Both the position numbers and the translations under genes were made by a program. Source: Hypanus sabinus (lineage: Eukaryota). From it: DNA of 64,000 nt. The stretch lies in NCBI RefSeq assembly GCF_030144855.1, contig NC_082731.1, positions 20,026,001-20,090,000 of the forward strand. The letters are read 5' to 3'. The notes beneath the pieces are model-generated. The model was not told the origin of the DNA, made no database searches, and saw only the letters and a program-made list of their open reading frames with translations. Positions within the stretch are counted from its first letter, which is position 1; every line of letters starts with the position of its first letter. Of the stretch, positions 13,161 through 25,272 are shown one piece after another.

Positions 13161-13391
13161 ATCTGTTGTGTTTGGGGGTAATGGGAAGCAGTGGGGTTTG
13201 CAATCTGATTGAGAGATCGCGGTACTTTTAGGCCTTTTTCCTTCCGCTCTAATGAGATAGCGGGGGCGGTGGTGGAATGCGTCGGAAGTGGGGTGGCTCC
13301 GGCCCCGCATGGCCTCCACCTGTGTTGTGGAAAATATATGTATATTTTAAATATAATAAACGTCGAAATGCATTTGCAACTGTTAATGAGT

Positions 13392-13475
13392 TACCAGGAG
13401 TGGGGCTCGAACCCACGTGAACATTCGTTCATTGGATCTTAAGTCCAACGCCCTTAACCACTCGGCCATCCTGGT
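13392..13475 (-). tRNA. tRNA-Leu-TAA: tRNA-Leu(TAA), variant copy
   Basis: Same gene as 10277 with one extra G after the D loop (AAGGGCG), two changes in the variable loop and A->G in the T loop. Stems preserved. Functional status uncertain. Confidence 0.88.
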
Positions 13476-14219
13476 CCGACAGAGGTGAAGAAATACTTAA
13501 ACCCTTACTTTCCAATAAAAAAAAAACTGTCCTGGATTTCCTTCTCGGATACCCGCTGAATGTGCGGGGCTCTCGGTACCCCTGTGCACTCGCATTCCGT
13601 TAACACACAACATTGCAACTTTCCTAATATTTCAACTTTCAACTCCTCTTGTTATTTCCTACGTGAGCCATACCACATATGTAAGTTTATAAGTTTGAGA
13701 ACGGAAGGGCGTAAATTTAAGAGGAGAGTAAATAGATTATCTTTCAAACGACGGGAGTTTAGTGACTTTTTTTTTTAACACACAACGTGGAACTGCCACG
13801 TTGGTGAAAACACATGTGATCATTGAATTTAGGAAGCAATCCGACAGGGGGGACATAAGAAGGTATGCAAGATCATTTATACGATTTTTTCCCCGTGCTA
13901 TTCTAATATTTATAGCATAGCTCCGAGAGGCTGTTGGGCAATTTATTCCAGTTAACAGGAATGGTTATGAACAAAACCCCACCCTGTCCAATGCAGGACC
14001 ACTCTGGCTCCTAATCCCAAGGTCACAGAATCGAACCATTGGGCCCATATATACAAACTCTGTGCAAGACCTACCCACTTAGCCCGAGCGATCTGGTATT
14101 TGTTCACACGTCCTTTCCATTCCTCAGTTCGCTTTTTCATTTAAAAATCTTTTTAATTAACTATTATTGAAGATCAACAAAAAGTCAATTCAAGGAAATC
14201 TGCAGATGCTGGAAATTCA

Positions 14220-14444
14220 AACAACAACACACACAAAATGCTGGTGGAACACAGCAGGCCAGGCAGCATCTACAGGGAGAAGCACTGTCGACGTTAACAA
14301 CAACACACACAAAATGCTGGTGGAGAACACAGCAGGCCAGGCAGCATCTATAGGGAGAAGCACTGTCGACATTAACAACAACACACACAAAATGCTGGTG
14401 GAACACAGCAGGCCCGGCAGCATCTATAGGGAGAAGCGCTGTCG
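14220..14444 (-). repeat. Tandem array (3 or more units of ~76-78 bp) of the Penelope-type terminal-repeat tail
   Basis: Units start at 14220, 14296 and 14374 (AACAACAACACACACAAAATGCTGGTGG...GCACTGTCGAC); the array runs into an N gap. Confidence 0.9.
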
Positions 14445-14644
14445 NNNNNNNNNNNNNNNNNNNNNNNNNNNNNNNNNNNNNNNNNNNNNNNNNNNNNNNN
14501 NNNNNNNNNNNNNNNNNNNNNNNNNNNNNNNNNNNNNNNNNNNNNNNNNNNNNNNNNNNNNNNNNNNNNNNNNNNNNNNNNNNNNNNNNNNNNNNNNNNN
14601 NNNNNNNNNNNNNNNNNNNNNNNNNNNNNNNNNNNNNNNNNNNN
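14445..14644. other. Assembly gap (N run)
   Basis: 200 N. Confidence 0.99.
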
Positions 14645-15029
14645 AGCCCTATAAACACCGAACATAAATCCTGAAACGGACAGATACCTCACCCAGAATG
14701 AAGGTTCTGAGAACGTTCTTCGTCGAAAATTTGCACCTAGTCTGTTTACAAAAAGGGATCAGACCCCAGCGGAGGTATCTCCTGTGTCGTTTACCATCTT
14801 TGCAGTGTTCCATATTCTGATCAGTGATATGCGAGACATGACGATCACACTCTTGACGGATGAAGCACAGTTACAGATGTTAGCAACAAGAGAAAGACCT
14901 GGCTATTGGATCAGACCAGACACGTTCACTATTCTTTAACATCCGTCGTCCAGTAACAGATCCATGTGTTTGTCATGGATAATGTGTAGACATTATTATG
15001 GAAGCTATGTGCTTGCACGTGGGAGAGAG

Positions 15030-15228
15030 NNNNNNNNNNNNNNNNNNNNNNNNNNNNNNNNNNNNNNNNNNNNNNNNNNNNNNNNNNNNNNNNNNNNNNN
15101 NNNNNNNNNNNNNNNNNNNNNNNNNNNNNNNNNNNNNNNNNNNNNNNNNNNNNNNNNNNNNNNNNNNNNNNNNNNNNNNNNNNNNNNNNNNNNNNNNNNN
15201 NNNNNNNNNNNNNNNNNNNNNNNNNNNN
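15030..15228. other. Assembly gap (N run) in GA tract
   Basis: About 200 N. Confidence 0.99.
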
Positions 15229-15499
15229 AAAAGACAAATAAAAAGGCAGAGCAAGGAGAGGAGGGAGAGGGGAAAGTGAGAGGTATGGAGAAATTCAGGA
15301 AGTGGGAAGGAGGAGGGAGATGAGAGAGAGTAGAGAAATGGGTAAACGTGGGAGAACAAATAACGAGAAAGGGAAAGAGTTGGATTGAGAGAAAGTGAAT
15401 AAGAGTTGGAAAACAGGTGAGAATGAGTGAATACAGGCAAGAGGGAGATGCGCGAGAACGGACCAAGAGCGAAAAAGTGAGAGACTCTGTTAAAACCTG

Positions 15500-17230
15500 C
15501 TCATTTGAAATCTACCATAGACCATCAGACAGGAGCAGAATTAGGCCATTTGGGCCATCGGTGTCTGCTCCGCCATTCAGTCATCACTGATGTATTTCCC
15601 TCCTCCTCAGCCCCTCTCTCCGGCCTTCTCCTCGTAATGTTTAGTGCCGTGGCCAAACAAGAACTAACAAGCTCTGCTTTAAGTATACCCAACGACCTGG
15701 CCTCCACAGCTGCAGGTAGTAAAAAATTTCCCCAATTCACCACCCTCTGGCTGAAGGAATTTCCTCTGCATCTCTGTTTCATATTGACGGCCCTCTATCC
15801 TGAGGCTATACCATCTTGTCCTTGGATCCCCCACTATGGGAAATGTCCTTTCCATGTCTACACTCTAGGCCTTTCAAGCTTTGAAACGTTTCAATGAGAT
15901 CCCTGCTTATTCTTGTAAATCCAAGTGGGTGTAGAACTAGAACTGTCAATGTTCCTCGGATGATAACGCTTGCATTCCCCGAATAATCCTTTTGAACCTC
16001 CTCTGAAGTCTCTCCAATGGCAACATATTTTTTCTTAGATGAGGAGCCGAAATATGTTCACAATACTCAAGATGAGACCTCACCGGTGCTCTTATAAATC
16101 CTCAGCATCACATCCCTGCTCTTGTATTCTAGACCTCTTGAAATGAACGATAATACTGCAGTTGCCTTCTGACCGCCGACTCTACCTGCAAATTAATCTT
16201 TTGGCTGTTCTACACAAGAACTCCCAAGACCCTTTGCATCTTTGCATCTCAGATTTTTGGATTTTCTCACCGTTTCGGAAATAGTCTGCACATTTATTTC
16301 TTCTACCAAAGTGATGACCATGCATTATCCAACTTTGTATTTCATTTGCCGCTCTCTTTTCCATTCTCCTAATCTGCCTAAGTGCTTCTGCAGCCTGCCC
16401 GTTTCCTCAACACTACCTGCACCTCCAGCCAATCTTCGCATCATCCGTCAACTTGGCAACGATGCCATTTATTCCATCTTCTAAATCATTGATATTCAGC
16501 ATAAAAAGAAAAGGCCTAACACCGACCCCTGCGGAATACCACTAGTCACTGGCAGCCAGTCAGAAAAAATGAACATTTATTCCCACTCTCCGACTCCCAT
16601 CAGTCAGGCAATGATCTAACTATGCCAGTAATAACATGGGCAGTTACCTTGGTAAGCAGCCTCCTGTGTGGCATCTTGTCAAATGCCTTCTGTAAATCTA
16701 AATATACAACATCCACTACATATTTTTGTAAGTCTGTCTCTTCTTGTAATCTCCTCAGAAAATTCCATCAAGTTTGTAAGGCAAGATTTTGTCCCTCAAG
16801 GAAACCATGCTGACTTTGCCCTATCTTGTTCCTGTGTCACCAAGTACTACATAAACCGTATCCTTAACAATTGACTCCAACCACTGAGGCCGTCAAACTA
16901 ACTGGTCCTATAATTTCTTTTCTGGCCTTCGTCCTTCCTCAAAGAGTGGAGAGGCATTTGCAATTTTTCATTCCTCTGCACCATGCCAGCGTCTAATGAT
17001 TTTTGAAGGAATCATGACTAATGCCTCCACAGTTTATACCACTATTTCTACAGAAACCTAGGTGTACAGTTCGTCTGGTCTGGATGACTGATTACCCTTA
17101 GATCCTTCGGCATTTTGAGCAGCTTCTCCTTTGTAATTGCACTTGTAGTCACTTCTCTTGCCTCGCGCACTTAACAGCTGGCACATGCTGGTGTATTGCA
17201 CAATGAAGACTGATGCATAATACTCACTTA
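15500..17230 (-). mobile_element. Old CR1 LINE fragment, duplicated with the V cassette (copies at 23590-25200 and 39757-41200)
   Basis: RT-region motifs (e.g. 'FVAKLTDDAKIGGGAGSVEE' in copy 24406-24606; 'VRSHLEYC'). The three copies align along their length and each precedes a family-1 V. Confidence 0.85.
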
Positions 17231-17439
17231 CTTCAAAAGAAAACGGGGTAAAAATGGCTGCAAGCAAACGAGAACGGAAAAGACGAGGGGAAAAGAGAAA
17301 AGAGAGAAGTGTCGGCAAACAGTTGAGAAATTGATTAAGGAGGGAAAGAAGCGAAGGAGAGAGGATGTGCGAAGGATTCAGACGACAAGACGAAGAGGGG
17401 GAGAAGGACCAAGAGTGAGAAACTGAGAGAGTCTGTTAA

Positions 17440-17604
17440 CACAGGCTTGTTCTGATTGGTCTCATAATCTTTATCTGGAGTAAGTGACAAATAAGGTGCG
17501 AAAGACACGCCTCCTGTCTTCCATTTCGTCCCTGCTGGTCCTGTCGTGAAGTTATTACCTTCTCTCGAGTTACAATTTCATAAATTGATTGTAATGCAGA
17601 CACC
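17440..17604 (+). promoter_or_regulatory. Putative V promoter (inverted CCAAT, CTGATTGG) conserved upstream of family-1 V genes
   Basis: Same block upstream of 32761 and 41577, and diverged upstream of 61940. Position is the main evidence. Confidence 0.5.
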
Positions 17605-18035
17605 ATGTCTCCCCTGTGTTGGTTGCTGATCCTAACGGCTGCTCTCCCTGGTGAGTCTCTGCCTAATCGGTTGGCGCGTGTCTTCCATGTTCAGTGCGAT
17701 CCGGCCCCGCTCACACTCTCCGGGATTTGTTACAGGTACGAGTGCGGCAATCTCGGTGACTCAGGATCAGAGGGAATTAATGATCGAGGAAGGTCAAACT
17801 GCGTCGCTGAGCTGCAACTACTCGGAAACGGGAAGAACCTATCTGTGGTACGCTCAACATTCTGGAAAATCTCCGAAACTATTGTTGATAATATACAGCT
17901 CTGGAAACGCGGATCGGGCTGAAGGCGTTTCGGTCAGGATTTCAGGTTCTCTGAACAAAACCGGCCAGCGGTTTCATATGAGTATTTCCGAGACTGTTCT
18001 GTCGGATTCCGCGCTGTATCTTTGCGCCGTGGATC
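17605..18035 (+). CDS. TRAV/TRDV: TCR alpha/delta-type V gene segment, family 1 (V1), apparently functional. Leader exon 17605-17650, intron 17651-17735, V exon 17736-18035
   Basis: Leader MSPLCWLLILTAALP, GT..AG phase-1 intron, exon GTSAAISVTQ...SLSCNYS...LWYAQHSGKSPKLLL...DSALYLCAVD with Cys23, Trp41 and Cys104, followed by an RSS. Alpha/delta assignment rests on motifs (SVTQ, CxYS, YLCAV). Confidence 0.93.
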
Positions 18036-18074
18036 CACAGCGTTTCAGCGTGACGGCGGATCAGGACAAAAACT
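18036..18074 (+). promoter_or_regulatory. 23-bp-spacer recombination signal sequence
   Basis: CACAGCG (18036-42), 23 nt, ACAAAAACT (18066-74). Confidence 0.93.
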
Positions 18075-18399
18075 CACCCTGAGTAGTGGGCGCTCGCTGT
18101 AGAGGGCGCCCTGAGCCCTACCCACAACATTTAACGAGGCCCGTCAATGGGACCCAAGCAAAAATGCACTCTCCTTGGACTGAGGCTACTGAAGTCAGCA
18201 GGGCGAGTGCACCAGTGATTCAACACCCTCAGCAACGCTCCGAACCACAGGCACTAACGAGCATCGACGTTCCTTTCTTTCTGTCCTCGGTGGCGTGTCC
18301 CTTGTTTTCGGATGCGGGGGGAAGGATGGCGAGAGATGCATATTATGCGCAGATAGCGTTTTTATGTATAGTGGTGTGTCAGGCAGGGGTGATGTCTGA

Positions 18400-18520
18400 G
18401 GGAGAGAGACGAACAGAGGGAAATGAAGAGTAAGTAAATGAAAGATGGAGACATAGAGAGCAATGAAGAAGTGACAGAACGATAGAATTAGTGGTCGAGA
18501 GAGTAATAAGTGGGATGAGC

Positions 18521-18597
<77 letters not shown>

Positions 18598-18930
18598 GGA
18601 GATGGAGAGGACAGTGCAAGCAAGTGAAATTGGGAATGGGGTACAGAGGAAGTAAGTGAAAGGGAAATGGAGAACAAGAGCAACGGAAGGAAATAGCGGT
18701 GGAGAGAAATGAGAAAAAAGCAAAGTAGTGAGCAATGGATTAGGAAGGAAAGAAAAATGGAAATAAAGAATAAGAGGAAGAGAAGATACGAGACAAAGGG
18801 AAGGAAAGTGAGGGAAAAGGAAGAAGGACGGAAAATGCGACAAAGAGGACAAAATAAGAAAGGGCAGGATAGCGATAAGATTAGTCGAGTAAGAAGCGAA
18901 GATAAAGCAATCTCGTGTAAGTAGAAAAGA
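18400..18930. repeat. Purine-rich GA tract with (GA)n core (18524-18593) downstream of V1
   Basis: Low complexity; homologous tracts follow every family-1 V (33470-34230, 42300-43030, 62580-63420). Confidence 0.9.
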
Positions 18931-19389
18931 ACATAGAGCAAAGGACATAGAACAAAGAAATCTACCGGACATTACAGGCCCTTCGGCTGGCAATGTTATT
19001 CCCTGAACATCTGGCACATTTCTGCCGTGCCTTTCCCTGAGAACATACGCTCCCAATTTATGCTCCGAAGTTCCTGCCTAATAGCATCGTATTTTCTCCC
19101 TACCCCAGGCACATGTTATTCCAAATTGTCCGCTCCTATCGCGCTCTAGCGCTATGGTAAAGGAGATAGATTTATGATCATTATCTCCAAAATGCTCTCC
19201 TACCATCTGACACCTGACCAGATTCATTTCCCAATACCAGATCAAGTCCGGCCTAATTTCATATTGCATCAGGAAACCTCCCTGAACACACCTAGCAAAC
19301 TCCACCCCATCTAAACACTTTGATCGAGGGAGATGCCAGTCAAAATTAGGAAAGTTAAAATCTTTAAAAGTTAAAATCAGCGCGTCATA

Positions 19390-19570
19390 GTTGACTTAAG
19401 AGGGCGAAACTCAGTAGTAAAATGCATCTGTCATTATGTGATGTTGTTTAGACAAAAATGGACAGTGGCCCATTTAAATATCTCAGGGGGTTTTGTACCC
19501 AATTCCACTGTATAGCTTTGTACCGTACAGCCCTCGCTGATCCAGTCAAGTCGACTTTTGATCCCAAGTG
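19390..19570 (+). pseudogene. Decayed 3' half of a V segment (family 3; paralogue of 43690-43890)
   Basis: Aligns with 43690-43880 ('GGGCGAAACTCAGTAGTAAAA...AAATATCTCAGG'). AATTCCACTGTATAGCTTTGT is a DSAVYLC remnant. Heptamer homologue CTCGCTG at 19533. Confidence 0.65.
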
Positions 19571-20289
19571 GGCCTCGCCACTTCCAGCTCCACCTCATCG
19601 TCGGCTCAACGTCGTGTACCGACCCGACTTCGTGATCCAGGCGACAATGCATCTTCTATGTACAGGGGGTACTAAGGCTGCAGGGTAGAGGGATAACACA
19701 GCCACAACCCTTATTTGCATTTTCTAACGTGGAGGCGAGAGATACTTATGCGTGATAACGTTTTACGAATGAGTAGCGACTGGAGAGGAAACGAGCAAAA
19801 ACAGGGGAATAGATAGCATGAAAGATATGGTGGGTGAGGAAAGGAAGACGGTAAAAACGATAGAGAGAGGAAGTGAATAAAATATGGAGATGTAGAGAGC
19901 AATGAAGCAGCGAGGAATGAGATGGCGAGAGAAACAGAGGGCCAAAGGGCAGTAAGTACAGCAAAAGAGACTGGTGGAAAATAGACAGGGAAGGGCTGAT
20001 CCAAGTTGATGAAAAGGCGCATTGTCATAGCGAGGGAGAATAAGATCAAAATTATATCTTATTGTAGGTAGGATCCATACATTCGTCGCAGCAGTTTTCC
20101 ATGAACGTCGTGGTGCATGATTTCAGGCTTTGTATCATTCGCCATTGAAAACGAGACAGAATAGAGAATGGCCGGTTTGGGTAACCATGTTGATTACTTC
20201 ACAGAGTCAACGAGAACTATAGGTAGAGTCTGGTGAGGGAAGGTTGTATTCCATGATGGACTGAGTTGTGACCTCGAGAGTTTGCGTTA

Positions 20290-20711
20290 TGCCCTTGCCC
20301 CCCTCCGTATCACTCAACAGGGATGCCTATCACTCAGTCTTAACCTCCTCAATTGATTCTCCGTTCATTGGGACAGAGATGGAGACAACTCGGACCACGC
20401 TAATCCATTTGCAGCCGCTCTCTCGATACGTACCTTCATAAGTCACTTCAGTGTTCAATGTGACTTAGCGCCAAAATTGCTTATGCTTCTCACCAGAACA
20501 GATCCAACCCGCTCGATAGATACTTCTGTCAGTAGACAGCCTCCTTAACCCCATAAACACCGGATCAGCTGAACATTCTGCTCAAAGGACAACCACTTCT
20601 GTGACGATTCCTTTCTCCTATAATGAGACCACGCCAGAACGAAAGATTCTCTCTTTCCCATTACCATTGGGGCAGGAAGTCCCTACTCTGTTCAGTGAGT
20701 AGGCAAGTCAT
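20290..20711 (-). pseudogene. Possible highly decayed V relic in inverted orientation
   Basis: Minus strand: GCC-ATG at 20711 with a GTAATG donor 47 nt later, 'KYLSSGLDLFW' (Trp at 20494) and 'LRLSD..C' (Cys at 20319). Trp-Cys distance 175 nt versus 177 nt in V1. Many stops and frameshifts; leader not hydrophobic. Confidence 0.35.
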
Positions 20712-21678
20712 GGCGACTAAATGCATAAGTAATCCACAGTAACACAGAAATCCAGTTACTGTGTTAATATCCAGAGAAAGCCCAGGCCATTGAATTATTC
20801 CAGATTACCTCTCCATCCTTTAACACCGACATCCATTTTCTTTCGTACATAGGGCTAAGGAGGCTGCGGTTTGGATCTGTGTTGATTAAAAGGATAATAA
20901 TGTTTGCACTGAATGATAAAGGATACTGAAGGGGTTTGTGAAGGTAACTGTGGAGAAAAGGGATGAAGATGGAAGCATGGATGGAGCTTCCTCCATCGCA
21001 GTCCCACAACACGGAAATTCCCTTGTGGGCGTTAAGGTTCAATGTTAGGCGAGTAGGAGGGCAGACAAAGGCGTTATTGAGTAGAGCCCAAGGCACAGGA
21101 CACACACAGCTCATCACGGAATCCATCCTCTCCTCCCCAGACTCTATCTATACTTCTCGCTGTCTCTGTCAGCACAATTAAAATTCTGGCTACTTCTCCT
21201 CTGCCTCTTTTACATCGGCGGATGATACAAACCCTGAAATCACGCATAACCAGGCTCAAAAACAACTTTTATATGACAATTGGAGGTTTCCTCACAACGA
21301 TAAGCTATAATTTTACTCTCCAGCGTTGCTCCCAACTCTCTCGATCTACTTACTGCACTTTCGATCAATGCCTCTCTCGCCATCTCATTGCGTTACACGT
21401 CTCATTCCATTCACTTTACTCTCTCTCTTCCTCACTCTCTTTCCCCCTCACTCTCACTCTTTCTTTCACCGTCAACTTTACTTCCTTCAACCCACCCCTC
21501 CACCACCAGATCACTCTTCCTATCTCTTTCCTCTTTGGAAGGGTCTCAGCCCGAAACGTCGATAGCGTTTCTTTCTATAGATGCTGCCTGGCCTGCTGTG
21601 TTCCACCAGCATTTTGTGTGTGTTGTTGTTCGTCTTTCCTCTTTTGCGCCGCTCACAAACTTCGGGATTTGCTGTAAA

Positions 21679-21935
21679 TACGGTTGGGGCAGATGAGTTG
21701 ACCAAGGATCCGAGCGAATTAATGATGGAGGCAGGGCAGACGTATCACTGAGCTGCATTTATTCATCACTGGTCACGTGTTTCGGTCTGACGACAGTCCG
21801 GTCAGGATTGGGTTCCCTGGACAAGAATGGACAGCAGTTGAATATCCCGGGGGTCCTGGTGCATGACTCTGCCGTGCAGCTTTGCGCTGTTCAGTTCACA
21901 ACTTTCCAGGGTGATGGCAAATCTGGACAAAATTG
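21679..21935 (+). pseudogene. V pseudogene, family-1-related, internally deleted, with degenerate 23-RSS
   Basis: Intron remnant 'CGGGATTTGCTGTAA', then 'LTKDPSELMMEAGQ..SLSC' and 'DSAVQLCAVQ'. CACAACT (21897-903), 23 nt, ACAAAATTG (21927-35). A terminal-repeat insertion at ~21535-21630 removes the leader context. Confidence 0.8.
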
Positions 21936-23150
21936 AAGTTGTTTGCACTGAGCTGGCGTACCATCGGATGCCCACAGTCTACCCTTCAGATCCAAAGAGG
22001 GCATGTGCACTCTCCCAAGACAGGGACTACTCATGGTAACAACGCAAAGGGACAAATACTTCAACACCCGACCACCTCCCACCCCCCCCCCCCGCCAACA
22101 CCAGCAAAGACATCCCCTTTTGCCGTCCCTTATTTGCAATTTCAGACATGCAACAGGGGAAGGCGGAGAGATGCAAACAGAAGGATAACGATTTTATAGA
22201 TAGAGAGAGACTGACGTCACCGGCTTTCTCTAACACCAGGGTGAGGCCAAATTCAAAATGTAGAGGCATGTTTACCTTGGGGTATCTGCAAGGCAAAAGC
22301 AGTACATCTTAATTCATCAACTTCAAATGGCCCGGCCTTCCCTCTCTCTCTCCACCTGATCCATAGATTTCCCTTTAGACTATCCCTTCTTTTCAACCAC
22401 TACCCAAGTTATCACTTTGCTTCCTTCCCCTCCTGCTCTAGGCTCACCGCCCTTAACCCAGTTGGCCAACTGTCTTGACCGCCTTTGATTGAGCAGTTCT
22501 CCGTTGCCACCTTCGCCATCGCTCCCTCACCTCCCATAATATGCTCTACAATGCCTCCTTTCCTGTCATATTCCACTGTCTTCACCCCTTCTTCTGAAGT
22601 CAAAGTCTCTCAAACTTATCGACATTTCTTTCTCTTGATTCCGTTCGCCAGCTGAAGTGTCCTCTCGGCAGTTATCCACGAAAATCCTCTCAATATCCTG
22701 TATGTCCAATAATACCTATCCATCTAATCTCCAATCCAGAACCACGCATTTCAATCGACATTTTTTTCCTGTAGATAAACACTCAGCCCTATAAACACCG
22801 AACATAAATCCTTAAACGGACAGACACTTCACCCAGGATGAAGGATCTGTGTACGTCCTTCGTCGAGAATTTGCACCTAGTCTATTTACATAAGGGGACC
22901 AGACCACAGCGGAGGTCTCTGCTTTGTTCATCACCATCTTTGCATTGTTCCATATTCTGATCAGTGAGTATGCGAGACATGACGATCACACTCTTGACGG
23001 ATGAAGCACAGCTACAGATGTTAGCAACGAGAGAAAGACCTGGCTATTGGATCAGACCAGACACGTTCATTATTCTTTAATATCCGTCGTCCAGTAATTG
23101 ATCCATGTGTTTGTCGTGGATAATGTGTAGACATTATTATGGAAGCTATG

Positions 23151-23297
23151 NNNNNNNNNNNNNNNNNNNNNNNNNNNNNNNNNNNNNNNNNNNNNNNNNN
23201 NNNNNNNNNNNNNNNNNNNNNNNNNNNNNNNNNNNNNNNNNNNNNNNNNNNNNNNNNNNNNNNNNNNNNNNNNNNNNNNNNNNNNNNNNNNNNNNNN
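23151..23297. other. Assembly gap (N run)
   Basis: About 147 N, at the same cassette position as the 15030 gap. Confidence 0.99.
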
Positions 23298-25272
23298 CAG
23301 AGAGAGACAGAAAAAGCGATAAAGAGACAAAGGCAGAACAAGGAGATGACGGAGAGGCGAAAGCGAAAGGGATGGAGACATTCAGGAAGTGGGAAGGAGG
23401 AGGGAGAATAGAGAGAGTAGAGAAATGGGTAAACGTGGGAGAACAAATAACGAGAAAGGGAAAGAGTAGGATTGAGCGAAAGGGAAGAAGAATTAGAAAC
23501 CAGGTGAGAATGAGTGAATACAGGCATGAAGGAGATGTGCGAGAATGGCCAAGAACGAAAAAGTGAGAGACTGTTAAAACCTGCTCATTTTGAAATATAC
23601 CATAAGACCATAAGATAAAGGAGCAGAATTAGGCCATTTGGGTCATCGAGTCTGATCCATCATTCAGTCATGACTGATCTATACCCCTCCTCTTCAGCCC
23701 CTCTCTCCGACCTTCTCCTCGTAACCTTTGGTGCCGTGGTCAAACAAGAACTTAACAAGCTCTGCTTTAAATACACCCAACGACCTAGCCTCCACAGCTG
23801 CAGGTAGTAACAATTTCCACAAATTCACTCTGGGCTGAAGGAATTTCTCTGCATCTCTGTTTCATATTGATGGCCCTCTATCCTGAGGCTAGGCCATCTT
23901 GTCCTATGAGCCACCACTATGGGAAACATCTTTTCCATTTCTATTCTCTAGTCCATTCAACATTTGAAACTTTTTAATGAGATCCCTGCTTATTCTTGTA
24001 AATTCAAGTGGGTGCAGACCTGGAACTGTCAACGTTCCTCGGATGATAACGCTTGCATTCCCCGAATAATCCTTGTGAACCTCCTCTGAACTCTCTCCAA
24101 TGGCAGAATATTTTTCTAAGATGAGGAGCCGAAATATGTTCACAATACTCAAGGTGAGACCTCACCGGTGCCTTATAAATCCTCAGCATCACATCCCTGC
24201 TCTTGTATTCTAGACCTCTTGAAATGAACGATAATACTGCAGTTGCCTTCTGACCGCCGACTCTACCTGCAAGTTAATCTTTTGGCTGTTCTACACAAGA
24301 ACTCCCAAGTCCCTTTGCATCTTTGCATCTCAGATTTTTGGATTTTCTCCCCGTTTCGGAAATAGTCTGCACATTTATTTCTTCTACCAAAGTGATGACC
24401 ATGCATTATCCAACTTTGTATTTCATTTGCCGCTCTCTTTTCCATTCTCCTAATCTGCCTAAGTCCTTCTGCAGCCTACCCGTTTCCTCAACACTACCTG
24501 CACCTCCACCAATCTTCGCATCATCCGTCAACTTGGCAACGAAGCCATTCATTCCATCTTCTGAATCATTCATATTCATTATAAAAAGAAACGGCCCAAC
24601 ACCCACCCCTGCGGAACACCACTAGTCACTGGCAGCTAATCAGACAAAAGATCTTTTATTTCCACTCGCCGACTCCCACCAATCAGGCAATGATCTAACC
24701 ATGCCAGTAATAACATGGGGTCTTATCTTGGTAAGGAGCCTCCTGTGTGGCATCTTTTCAAAGGCCTTCTGCAAATCTAAATATACAACAACCAGTACAT
24801 GTTTTTTCAATCGATCTTTCTTGTAATCTGCTCATACCATTCCATTAGGTACGTCAGCCAAGGTTTTCCCTTAAATAAACCATGCTGACATTACCCTATC
24901 TTGTCCCGTGTCACCAAGTACTCCATAAACTTCTCCTTAACAACTGACTTCAACCACTGAGGTCAAGATAAACTCGTCTATAATTTCTTTTCTGCCTTCG
25001 TCGTTGCTTAAAGAGTGGAGGGGCATTTGCAATTTTCTAGTCCTCTGCCACCATGCCAGAGTCTAATGATTTTTGAAGGATCATGACTAATGCTTCCACA
25101 ATCCCTACCGCTACCTCTTACAGAAACCTAGTGTGCAGTTCGTCTGGTCTGGATGACTGATTACCCTTAGATCTTAGATGCAAACTACTCACTTACTTCA
25201 AAGGAAAATGGGTGAAAGTGGCTCCGAACAAATGAGAAAGGAAAAGAGAGAGGAATAGAGAAAGGAGAGAAG

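Noticed and set aside
14220-14444. CRISPR-like repeat array
   Set aside because: Units are contiguous copies without unique spacers, derive from a retroelement tail, and the context is vertebrate.
17605-17922. 105-aa ORFs from the leader ATG (also 32761, 41577) and GTG-started 143-161-aa ORFs
   Set aside because: These are unspliced leader-intron read-through, and ORFs starting at the GT donor. The real product is the spliced leader plus V exon.
18195-19056. Long S/L/F-rich or R/E/K-rich ORFs (also 5863, 10609, 33492, 42251, 62511)
   Set aside because: Translations of GA/CT low-complexity tracts.
19713-19720. Ig octamer ATTTGCAT; also CRE TGACGTCA at 22212
   Set aside because: Isolated, not upstream of any leader exon, and expected by chance in 64 kb.
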